59,449 nt of DNA from Natronospirales bacterium (GCA_018971605.1 JAGXAL010000002.1:1-59449), one strand, 5' to 3'; counted from the first letter of the stretch, positions 27,631 through 35,885 are shown. The notes: a model not told the origin generated them from the letters alone. Made by a program: numbers and translations.

Positions 27631-28251
27631 ATGAGAACGCGTATTTCCAGTGGATTCCTGTTGGCGGCGATGCTGGGCATCATCGCCTTAGCAGTGTCGG
27701 TGACGGCAACGGCCGGCGGCCATGCCGCATTGGATAGTTCACAGGCAGCAGGCGGGGCGCCGCCGGCGACGGAGGCAAGTATGAAATTTCCAGTCCCGGA
27801 TTCATTGACCGCGGAACATGCGGCCTTGCACGCCGAACTCGAGCAGATTATCCATACGGGCGGCAAGACCGGTCAGGCCGCACAAGCCGTGGCGGCGGTC
27901 CTGCAACCGCACTTCGTGAAGGAGGAAAAGTACGCGCTGCCGCCGCTGGCCCTGTTGGGTGATTTGGCGAGCGGCAATGTTTCGCCGGGGATGGCCGCGA
28001 TCCTGCCCTTGACGGACGAGCTTAAACGCAGCTTGCCGGAGATGCTGGCCGAACATCAGCAAATCCTCGCGGCGTTGCATCACCTCAGCGCGGTCGCCAA
28101 GGCGGAGCACAAGCCGGACGCCGAGCGCTTTGCGCACGAATTGATCCACCATGCGCAGACCGAAGAGCAGATCACCTATCCCGCGGCCATTCTCGTCGGC
28201 GAGTACGTGAAGCTGAGATTGAGCGCGGGAAACACCTCATCCGGCAGCTAA
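27631..28251 (+). CDS. secreted hemerythrin-like (HHE cation-binding) domain protein
   Basis: Has a signal peptide (MRTRISSGFLLAAMLGIIALAVSVTATA). H/E ligand-like motifs include AEHAALHAELE, HFVKEE, LAEHQQIL and HELIHHAQTEE. RBS AAGGAG at 27619-27624. Confidence 0.6.
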   Translation: MRTRISSGFLLAAMLGIIALAVSVTATAGGHAALDSSQAAGGAPPATEASMKFPVPDSLTAEHAALHAELEQIIHTGGKTGQAAQAVAAVLQPHFVKEEKYALPPLALLGDLASGNVSPGMAAILPLTDELKRSLPEMLAEHQQILAALHHLSAVAKAEHKPDAERFAHELIHHAQTEEQITYPAAILVGEYVKLRLSAGNTSSGS

Positions 28252-28343
28252 GCCAGTGACTTGAGGGCGGGCGGATATCAGGCCGCGCACAGCCAGCGCC
28301 TTGCCCCTGCCCGCCGAAGGCTTGCCAGCGTTACGATGCCTGC

Positions 28344-30062
28344 ATGCCTGCCGACAACGCTGAAATTGCCGCGCTCTTCGACCGCTACGCGGACCTGCTG
28401 GAAATCCAGGATGCCAATCCGTTCCGGGTGCGCGCTTACCGCAATGCCGCGCGTGTGGTGTCCGGTTCGCCGCGCAGCATGGCGGAACTGCTGGCCGAAG
28501 GCCGCGATCTCGAGGAGCTGCCGGGCATCGGCAAGGATCTGGCCGCCAAAATCGCGACCATCGTGCGCACCGGTGCGCTGCCCCAGCTCGAACAACTGCA
28601 GCAGCGCGTGCCGCGTGCGCTCAGCGATCTCATGGGGCTGCCGGGGCTTGGCCCGAAGCGCGTCAAGCTCCTGTACCGTGAGCTCAACATCCGCAGCATC
28701 GAGGATCTGCAGCGTGCCGCGCGCAGCGGGGCACTGGAAAAACTGCCGGGTTTTGGCGCCAAGACCATAGCGCGCATCCTCGGCGGTATCGAAAGCCGCG
28801 GCAGCGTGCCGCAGCGCTTCAAACTTGCCGACGCGGAACAGGCGGCTGCGCCGCTGGTTGCCTACCTGGAAAAAATCCGCGGCGTGAAGACCGTCACCGT
28901 GGCCGGTAGTTACCGGCGCCGGCGTGACACGGTCGGCGATCTCGACATTCTGGTGACCGCGCGGCGCGGCACGCCGGTAATGCGGCGTTTCACGCGTTAT
29001 GACGCGGTCGCCGAGGTGCTGTCGGCGGGTGCCACGCGCGCTTCCGTGCGACTGCGCAACGGCATGCAGGTGGACTTGAGGCTGGTGCCGGAAGCGAGCT
29101 ATGGCGCGGCGCTCTATTATTTCACCGGCTCCAAGGCGCACAACATCGCGGTGCGCAAGATCGCCGTCGGCAAGGGGCTGAAGATCAACGAATACGGCGT
29201 GTACCGCGGCGCGCGGCGCATCGCCGGGCGCAGTGAGGCGGAGTTGTTCGCCGCGGTGAATCTGCCATACGTGCCGCCGGAATTGCGTGAGAACCGCGGC
29301 GAGATCGAAACCGCGCGCAATGGCAAACTCCCCGAACTCGTGAGCTTGGCGGATCTGCGCGGCGATCTGCATGCGCATACCACGGCCAGCGACGGGCACG
29401 ACACGCTGGCTGCCATGGCCGGGGCCGCGCGCACCCTCGGCTATGCTTATCTGGCGATCACCGACCACACGCGCCAGGTGCGTGTGGCCCACGGGCTTAA
29501 CGCCCGAGAATTGCGCGCGCACTTCGCCGCCATCGACCGGCTGAATGCCGGCTTCAGGGATTTCCGCCTGCTCAAGAGCGCCGAAGTGGACATCCTCGAT
29601 GACGGCAGTCTGGACTTGCCCGCTGCGCTGCTGGCGGAAATGGACGTGGTCGTGGCCGCCGCGCATTACCACTTGGCACTGAGCGCCGAGCGGCAGACTG
29701 CGCGCATCCTCAAGGCGCTCGACAACCGCTGCGTGCACGTGCTCGCGCATCCCACGACCCGCTTGATAAATCAGCGCCCGGAGTTCTCCGCCGACATGCA
29801 GAAAATCTTTGCGGCCGCAGCCGAACGCCATGTGGCCATGGAAATCAACGCGCAGCCCGAGCGGCTGGACCTGGATGACATCCAGGCGCGCGCCGCCTGC
29901 GCCGCGGGCTGCAAGCTGGTGATTTCCAGCGACGCGCACAGTGCCGCGGGTCTCGCCAACCTGCGCTACGGCGTGGATCAGGCGCGCCGCGCCTGGCTTT
30001 CCAAGGAAGACGTGCTCAATACCCTGCCTTTGGATCGGCTGTTGCAGACATTCCACCACTGA
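28344..30062 (+). CDS. polX: family X DNA polymerase with C-terminal PHP domain
   Basis: The N-terminus has HhH motifs (FRVRAYRNAA, LPGIGKDLAAKI, LPGLGPKRV). The nucleotidyltransferase motif is GSYRRRRDTVGDLDIL. The PHP His motifs are DLHAHTTASDG and HPT. Confidence 0.9.
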   Translation: MPADNAEIAALFDRYADLLEIQDANPFRVRAYRNAARVVSGSPRSMAELLAEGRDLEELPGIGKDLAAKIATIVRTGALPQLEQLQQRVPRALSDLMGLPGLGPKRVKLLYRELNIRSIEDLQRAARSGALEKLPGFGAKTIARILGGIESRGSVPQRFKLADAEQAAAPLVAYLEKIRGVKTVTVAGSYRRRRDTVGDLDILVTARRGTPVMRRFTRYDAVAEVLSAGATRASVRLRNGMQVDLRLVPEASYGAALYYFTGSKAHNIAVRKIAVGKGLKINEYGVYRGARRIAGRSEAELFAAVNLPYVPPELRENRGEIETARNGKLPELVSLADLRGDLHAHTTASDGHDTLAAMAGAARTLGYAYLAITDHTRQVRVAHGLNARELRAHFAAIDRLNAGFRDFRLLKSAEVDILDDGSLDLPAALLAEMDVVVAAAHYHLALSAERQTARILKALDNRCVHVLAHPTTRLINQRPEFSADMQKIFAAAAERHVAMEINAQPERLDLDDIQARAACAAGCKLVISSDAHSAAGLANLRYGVDQARRAWLSKEDVLNTLPLDRLLQTFHH

Positions 30063-30185
30063 GCTTCCGGCCTTGTGTCCGAACCGCAATTACTGAGTTC
30101 CACGCGGAGCGTTCCAGCCGGTTCACGAGACGAGCTTGGCTGACAGGGGGCAGCTTGGCCAGAACAGGATCTAAGTGGAAAACAC

Positions 30186-30199
30186 TTGACCTAGATCAA
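30186..30199 (+). promoter_or_regulatory. Crp/Fnr(Dnr/NnrR)-type box (TTGACCTAGATCAA), promoter of nor cassette 1
   Basis: TAATAT at 30223-30228 is 33 bp from the box centre. The box lies 67.5 nt upstream of the norC GTG at 30260. Confidence 0.7.
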
Positions 30200-30259
30200 G
30201 ACTCGGCAACGGCTGCTGTTTCTAATATCCCGCGGAACCGTCGTTGGGGAGGCACGCAG

Positions 30260-30850
30260 GTGAGTATCCAGGAACCCGGCTTCTGGCGCGCGGGGGCGAT
30301 CAGCACCACCGCCGTCATGATCGTGGTGCTGATCTTCCTCTCGATCGACAGCATCCAGGTGATTTCGGCGGGCGGCGCCAACGTGCCTAGGTACGACGTC
30401 ATCAATCAGCAGATCGGCTACCGCTACGACTGGACCCGGCGCATGGATGTCCCGGTCATCGGCGGTCCCGAGCCCTTGTTCGGCACGGTTTACAGCGAGA
30501 CCGGGGCGCAAGCCCTCATCGCCAAGGGCAAGCTCGTGATCCAGAGTCGCGCCTGCATGGATTGCCACACCTTCTTCGGCAACGGCGCCTATTACGGTCC
30601 GGACCTTACCAAGTCCTGGCTGGATCCCGCTTGGTCACAGATCTGGATGCCCGCGACCGGCGCCAAGACCCGCGAGGACGCCATGGTGATGTTCCTCATG
30701 AATCCGGATCGTTACCCCACCTGGACACGCCAAATGCCCAACCTGCAGCTCACGCGCGAGGAAGCCCAGGCGGCGGTGGCTTATCTGAAATGGATGGCGT
30801 CGGTCGATACCAACGGATTCCCAGCCAACTTCGGGATGAAACAGCCATGA
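30260..30850 (+). CDS. norC: nitric-oxide reductase cytochrome c subunit NorC-like (with ~40-aa insertion after the TM anchor)
   Basis: N-terminal TM helix and heme motif CMDCH. Contains GNGAYYGPDL and MPNL...YLKWM..VDTNGFP, as in NorC. GTG 30260 is preceded by RBS GGGAGG at 30246-30251. The paralog starts at the equivalent GTG. Confidence 0.8.
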   Translation: MSIQEPGFWRAGAISTTAVMIVVLIFLSIDSIQVISAGGANVPRYDVINQQIGYRYDWTRRMDVPVIGGPEPLFGTVYSETGAQALIAKGKLVIQSRACMDCHTFFGNGAYYGPDLTKSWLDPAWSQIWMPATGAKTREDAMVMFLMNPDRYPTWTRQMPNLQLTREEAQAAVAYLKWMASVDTNGFPANFGMKQP

Positions 30851-32262
30851 TTTCCGGAGGCCAGACCATGTACCGCTCGCAGAAACTCGCGCTGCACTAC
30901 TTCGCTGCGGCCGTCATCTTTTTCGGCGTGATGACCCTCTTTGGATTGTTGTCGGCGCTGTATTACCTCTACCCGTCGATGCTGTTCCATACCTTTGATT
31001 TCCAGATGTCGAAAATCATGCACATCGACACCCTGGTGATCTGGCTGCTCATGGGCATGCTGGGCGCGGTGTATTGGTTCCTGCCGAAGGAGCTGGGGCG
31101 CGAGGTCAAAGGCATCTGGCTCGCGGAAATCCTGTTTTGGGTGTTTTGCGCGGCGGTGGTGGTGGTGGCGCTGGTGTTCCTGTTCGTGCAGTACGGTTCG
31201 AGCGACCAATTCAGCATGTGGTTCATCAATCAGGGCCGCAAGTACGTGGAAGCGCCGCGCTGGGCGGCCATCGGCATCGTGATCGTGATGCTGGTGTTCG
31301 CCTACAACGTCATCGGCACCGCCATCGCCACCCGCAGGATGACCGGCATCCTCTGGGTGCTGTGCATCGACCTGGTGCCGTTGTGCCTGGTGTACCTCGA
31401 CGCCTTCCCGCAGTTCACCAACATGTCGGTGGACTTGTACTGGTGGTGGTGGCTGGTGCACATGTGGGTGGAGGGCACTTGGGAGGTGCTGATCGGCTGC
31501 ATCATGGCGTGGATGCTCATGGAAGTGGCCGGCACTTCGCGGCGCATCGTCGAAACCTGGCTGTACATCGAAGTTATGCTGGTGCTGGGCGCGGGCATTC
31601 TCGGGCTTGGCCACCATTATTTCTGGATCGGCACGCCGCAGTACTGGCTCAGTATCGGCGGGTTTTTCTCGGCCCTGGAACCCTTGCCGCTGCTCGGTAT
31701 GGTGGTGCACGCGATTTACGATGCCGGCACGCATCACCTGAAGACCACCAACCAGCCGGGGTTCTACTGGATCACGGCGGAGGCCTTCGGCAATTTCATC
31801 GGCGCCGGGGTGTGGGGCTTCATGATGACCCTGCCGCAGATCAACCTGTTCTCGCACGGCACCCAGTGGACCGTGTCGCACGGGCACTTCGCCTTCTGGG
31901 GTGCGTACGCCTGCGGCGTGATCGCGGTGCTGTACGTGGCCAAGCAGAAGACCTCGGGTATCGATTACCTTTCGGGGCGCGCCTGGAAGTGGGGTTTCGG
32001 GCTGCTGAATTTCGGCATGCTCGGCATGGTGATGGGTTTGCTGCTCGCGGGCATGGCGCAGGCTTTCTACGGGCGCGCTATGGGCGGCTCGACGCTCATG
32101 GCCTTCACCCAGTCTTCCGAAAATCCCTGGTTCGTGTCCGGCATGTGGGCACGCACGGGCTTCGGCGTGGTGTTTGCGCTCGGCTACATCGTGCTGGTGT
32201 ATGACCTGGTGACGGCGACGCGGCGCATGCCGAAAGCGGTGGCGCCTCCGGAGCCCGCATGA
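30847..32262 (+). CDS. norB: nitric-oxide reductase large subunit NorB (cNOR type)
   Basis: All cNOR ligand contexts are present: MHIDTLVIWLL, VHMWVEGTWE, GLGHHYFWIG and VSHGHFAFWG. ATG 30847 overlaps the norC TGA. Confidence 0.9.
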   Translation: MISGGQTMYRSQKLALHYFAAAVIFFGVMTLFGLLSALYYLYPSMLFHTFDFQMSKIMHIDTLVIWLLMGMLGAVYWFLPKELGREVKGIWLAEILFWVFCAAVVVVALVFLFVQYGSSDQFSMWFINQGRKYVEAPRWAAIGIVIVMLVFAYNVIGTAIATRRMTGILWVLCIDLVPLCLVYLDAFPQFTNMSVDLYWWWWLVHMWVEGTWEVLIGCIMAWMLMEVAGTSRRIVETWLYIEVMLVLGAGILGLGHHYFWIGTPQYWLSIGGFFSALEPLPLLGMVVHAIYDAGTHHLKTTNQPGFYWITAEAFGNFIGAGVWGFMMTLPQINLFSHGTQWTVSHGHFAFWGAYACGVIAVLYVAKQKTSGIDYLSGRAWKWGFGLLNFGMLGMVMGLLLAGMAQAFYGRAMGGSTLMAFTQSSENPWFVSGMWARTGFGVVFALGYIVLVYDLVTATRRMPKAVAPPEPA

Positions 32263-32558
32263 CGCCCGCGGCGCTTTTGTACAGCGCGGGTTTGATGGGC
32301 TGCCTGGCGCTCGCGGGCGGCGGCTACGGCGGCCTGTATACATGGAGCCGGATGCGGCTCAATGCCGGATTGCGTTACACGGCATTCGTCTGCTACGGCC
32401 TGGTCCTGTTGTTCGCGGTGCTGATTGCCGCAAGCACGCCGCTGGCGCCCGTATGGAAGACCCTGGTAGTGGCGAGTGCGCTGATCTACGCCTTGGTGCC
32501 GCCGCTCACGTGGCGCTTTCTGGTCAAAATGCACGAGCCGGGAGAGCAACACCCATGA
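32259..32558 (+). CDS. small 3-TM membrane protein, translationally coupled to norB (unknown family)
   Basis: 99 aa. Its ATG overlaps the norB stop (ATGA). The conserved C-terminus VPPLTWRFLVKMHEPGEQH is shared with its paralog at 35882..36178. Confidence 0.6.
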   Translation: MTPAALLYSAGLMGCLALAGGGYGGLYTWSRMRLNAGLRYTAFVCYGLVLLFAVLIAASTPLAPVWKTLVVASALIYALVPPLTWRFLVKMHEPGEQHP

Positions 32559-32890
32559 TTGCAAACATCCTCAACACGCTGGTGGGACTGGCGCTGGCCT
32601 GCCTGACGGTGCTCAAGCCCTTGTGGATCGAGCGTCAGTATCTGCCGCTGCTGGTGTTCGCGGCGGTGATTTTCCTGCTGGCCTGGTGGGCGCGGCGCAG
32701 CGATCCAGCGCGCTGGTTCAGCTCTGTGAACATGGTGATGGCGGTGTTGCTTGCAATCCTCGCGCTCCTGCCGCTGGCGACGCTGCCGAACCTGTCGTTC
32801 TGGGGGGCATTCTGGATCGGTGTCATCGTGCCGGTGGTGGCGCTGTGGGCCGCGTTGTATCGCCCCGAGTCGCGGGTGGCGGCGGAGTAA
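32555..32890 (+). CDS. small 4-TM membrane protein (unknown family)
   Basis: 111 aa with an ATGA overlap with the preceding gene. Strongly conserved against the paralog at 36175..36510 (MI.NILNT.VGL ... RPLWIERQ ... DPARWFS ... VPVVALWAALY.PES). Confidence 0.6.
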   Translation: MIANILNTLVGLALACLTVLKPLWIERQYLPLLVFAAVIFLLAWWARRSDPARWFSSVNMVMAVLLAILALLPLATLPNLSFWGAFWIGVIVPVVALWAALYRPESRVAAE

Positions 32891-32943
32891 CCGGTTTTGG
32901 AATTGATGCGGATCGCGGTTAACAGCATGAGGAGTATCGGCTC

Positions 32944-33261
32944 ATGAAAAAGATTTATGCGGTGACAGGGCTCGCAGTGATGGCATCGCTGGCTTTGCCG
33001 GCGGCCTGGTCTGCAGATCCGGGAGCCGGCCAGAAGCTTTTTCAAACGACATGTATCGCCTGCCATGGACAGAACGGCGTGGGCATCGCGCCCATGTATC
33101 CGAATCTCGCCGGCCAGAAAATGGAGTACATCGTGGCCCAGCTCAAAGCCTTCCGCGACGGCCAGCGCGTGAATCCGATCATGAGCCCCATGGCCAAGGG
33201 CTTGTCGGATACCGATATCGCGAATTTGGCCGAGTATCTGAGCACATTGAAGCCGCAGTGA
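32944..33261 (+). CDS. monoheme class I cytochrome c (c-551/c-552-like), periplasmic
   Basis: Has a signal peptide, heme motif CIACHG, and a distal Met context ([13 protein letters not shown]). RBS GAGGAG at 32929-32934. Confidence 0.8.
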   Translation: MKKIYAVTGLAVMASLALPAAWSADPGAGQKLFQTTCIACHGQNGVGIAPMYPNLAGQKMEYIVAQLKAFRDGQRVNPIMSPMAKGLSDTDIANLAEYLSTLKPQ

Positions 33262-33870
33262 CCTGCGCAGCCGGCCTGTGGCGGGACGGCTCTCCAATCA
33301 GAACTGCAAAGTCACTGCAAATCGGATTTGTGTGATGGCTCCGGTGCTGATTGCACCGGGGGGTGCACCGTGAGAGTCCGGACGGGCGCAAGCGCTTGAG
33401 TCCGCATGCCGATTCCAAAAGTCGTCAACCGCTCCGCAGCCGTGATGTTGAGGTTGCTGCACGCCGTGACGTCCGCCCAAGTGTCGGCCTGCGCTTCAGT
33501 CAGGCGCGGGCATGCGTTCACGCGGTGGTGAGCTGCGTGTAACGGCTTGATGCCGCAGTCATTGCCCAACTTGGATACCCGCCGTGCGTGAGCTGCTGAC
33601 CAGGTAAACGGGGTCACATTGCCTGGATTGCCAATGAAAATAAGCGCGTGCCGAATGCTGCGTGTACCGCGCATGTTTGTCTTGGGGGCAAACTGGTGCT
33701 TTAATAATCCTCGGCAGCGGCTGGCAAAGGGAAATCCGGTCGACCATCGATGATCGCGACACCAGCGGCCAAGATGCACTTTGTTACGCGGATTGTTGCC
33801 TGATCGCGCGTTGGGTTCATGGCCAACATTTTTTTGACGCACGCAATCTCATCTGACGGGGAGCCACAGC

Positions 33871-34467
33871 GTGGATATCCAGGAACCGGGATTTTGGCGG
33901 GCCGGGGCGATCAGCACCACGGCGGTAATGATCGTGGTGCTGATATTCCTTTCCATCAACAGCTCGCAGGCGATCGCGGTCGGTGGCAGTCACGTGCCGG
34001 ATTACAGCGTGATCAACCGGCAGATCGGTTACCGTTATGATTGGACGCGTCGCGAGGACGTGCCGGTGATCGGCGGGCCGCAGCCGCTGTTCGGCAAGGT
34101 GTACAACGAAGGCCAGGCCACGGCGCTCATGAACCGGGCCAAGCTCGTCATTCAGAGCCGCAACTGCATCAATTGCCATACCTTTTTCGGTAACGGCGCC
34201 TATTACGGCCCGGACCTTACCAAGTCCTGGCTGGACCCGGCTTGGCATCAGATTTTCATGCCGATGACCGGCGCCAAGACCCAGGAAGAGGCGATGGTGA
34301 TGTTCCTGATGGACCCGCCCAAGTACCCCACTTGGGATCGCCGGATGCCCAATCTGCATCTTAGCGAGCAGGATGCGCAAGCCGTGGTCGCCTATCTCAA
34401 GTGGATGTCGGCCGTGGATACCAATGGCTTTCCCGCGAACTTTGGCATGCAGGGGGAGAAACCGTGA
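33871..34467 (+). CDS. norC: NorC-like cytochrome c subunit, paralog 2
   Basis: GTG start, TM anchor, heme motif CINCH, and the same insertion and C-terminal YLKWM..VDTNGFPANFGM as copy 1. Confidence 0.8.
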   Translation: MDIQEPGFWRAGAISTTAVMIVVLIFLSINSSQAIAVGGSHVPDYSVINRQIGYRYDWTRREDVPVIGGPQPLFGKVYNEGQATALMNRAKLVIQSRNCINCHTFFGNGAYYGPDLTKSWLDPAWHQIFMPMTGAKTQEEAMVMFLMDPPKYPTWDRRMPNLHLSEQDAQAVVAYLKWMSAVDTNGFPANFGMQGEKP

Positions 34468-35885
34468 GCACCGCAGAGATCGGCTTGTACCGTTCGCAGA
34501 AACTCGCACTGCGCTATTTCACCGCCGCCGTCATTTTGTTCGGTGTCATGATTCTGTTCGGGTTCCTGTCCTCGCTCTATTACCTGCATCCTTCGATGCT
34601 GTTCAAGGTCTTCGACTTCAACACCTCGAAGATGCTGCACATTGACACCCTGGTGATCTGGCTGCTGATGGCGCTCATGGGTTCGATTTACTGGTTCCTG
34701 CCCAAGGAAATCGGCGGCGAGATTGCCGGCATCCGCTTCGCGGAGATCATGTTCTGGGCGTTCTGCGTGATCGTGGCGATTGTCGCCGTGGTCTTTATCT
34801 TCGTGCAGTACGGCCACGCGGATGAATTCAGTCTGTGGTTCATCAATCAGGGACGCAAGTACCTGGAGGCGCCGCGCTGGGCTTCGCTCGGTATCGTGGC
34901 GGTGCTGCTGACCTTCTCCTATAACGTGATCGGAAGTGCCATCAAACGGCGCAAGATGACCGGAATACTCTGGGTGCTGTGCCTGGACCTGATCCCGCTG
35001 GTGCTGGTTTACACCGACGCCTTCGCCGCGCAGACCAACATGTCGGTGGATCTCTACTGGTGGTGGTGGATCGTGCACATGTGGGTGGAGAGCACCTGGG
35101 AGGTGCTGATCGGCTGCATCATGGCGATGATGCTGATGGAAATTGCCGGCACTTCGCGGCGCATCGTCGAAACCTGGCTATACATCGAGGTCATGCTGGT
35201 GCTGGGCGCCGGCATTCTCGGCCTGGGCCATCATTACTTCTGGATCGGTACCCCGGAGTACTGGCTGAGCATCGGTGGTTTCTTCTCGGCACTCGAACCT
35301 TTGCCGCTCCTGGGCATGGTGGTGCATGCAATTTATGACGCCGGCAGCCACCACCTGAAAAACACCAATACCCCCGCCTTCTGGTGGATTACTGCCGAGG
35401 CCTTCGGTAATTTCATCGGGGCCGGAGTGTGGGGCTTCATGATGACGCTGCCGCAGATCAATCTGTTCTCGCACGGCACACAGTGGACGGTGTCGCACGG
35501 GCACTTCGCCTTCTACGGCGCGTATGTCTGTGGCGTGATCGCGGTGTTTTATCTCGCACGGCAGAAGTACACCGGCATTGAGCACCTGCACGGCAAGGGC
35601 TGGTGGTGGGGGTTTGGACTCCTGAATTTCGGTATGCTCGGCATGGTGATGGCGCTGCTGCTCGCGGGTATGGCGCAAGCCTTCTACGGGCGCGCCATCG
35701 GCGGCTCGACGCTCATGGCCTTCACCGACGCCTCGCAAAATGCCTGGTTCGTGGCCGGCATGTGGGCGCGTACCGGCTTCGGCGTGGTGTTCGCGCTCGG
35801 CTACGTGGCGCTGGTCTGGGATCTGCTGGCGATCCGCAAGCGCCTGCCGCAAGCCGCTGCCGTGTCGTCGCCGGAGCCGGCATGA
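34464..35885 (+). CDS. norB: NorB (cNOR large subunit), paralog 2
   Basis: GTG 34464 overlaps the norC2 TGA (GTGA). RBS GGGGGAG at 34452-34458. All His ligands are conserved. The active-site segment reads VHMWVESTWE, where copy 1 has G instead of S. Confidence 0.9.
   Translation: MSTAEIGLYRSQKLALRYFTAAVILFGVMILFGFLSSLYYLHPSMLFKVFDFNTSKMLHIDTLVIWLLMALMGSIYWFLPKEIGGEIAGIRFAEIMFWAFCVIVAIVAVVFIFVQYGHADEFSLWFINQGRKYLEAPRWASLGIVAVLLTFSYNVIGSAIKRRKMTGILWVLCLDLIPLVLVYTDAFAAQTNMSVDLYWWWWIVHMWVESTWEVLIGCIMAMMLMEIAGTSRRIVETWLYIEVMLVLGAGILGLGHHYFWIGTPEYWLSIGGFFSALEPLPLLGMVVHAIYDAGSHHLKNTNTPAFWWITAEAFGNFIGAGVWGFMMTLPQINLFSHGTQWTVSHGHFAFYGAYVCGVIAVFYLARQKYTGIEHLHGKGWWWGFGLLNFGMLGMVMALLLAGMAQAFYGRAIGGSTLMAFTDASQNAWFVAGMWARTGFGVVFALGYVALVWDLLAIRKRLPQAAAVSSPEPA

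Larger units (their letters stand above)
30260..33261 (+). repeat. tandem paralogous five-gene nor cassette, copy 1
   Basis: Same gene order, same gene lengths and same start/stop overlaps as 33871..36931. By eye, the proteins are roughly half to four-fifths identical between the two copies. Confidence 0.85.

Noticed and set aside
2786-30199. The central CCWGG of the boxes, considered as a Dcm-type methylation motif with epigenetic meaning
   Set aside because: No cytosine methyltransferase gene is visible in the window. CCWGG is short and common in GC-rich DNA. Its conservation is more simply explained as part of the protein-binding site. It is noted under the regulon finding, not claimed separately.
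33312-33842. The 176-aa minus-strand ORF in the spacer between the nor cassettes, considered as a real gene
   Set aside because: Its Arg/His/Cys-rich composition is not protein-like, no motif was recognised, and neighbouring frames look like fragments. It is treated only as a possible decayed remnant in a finding.
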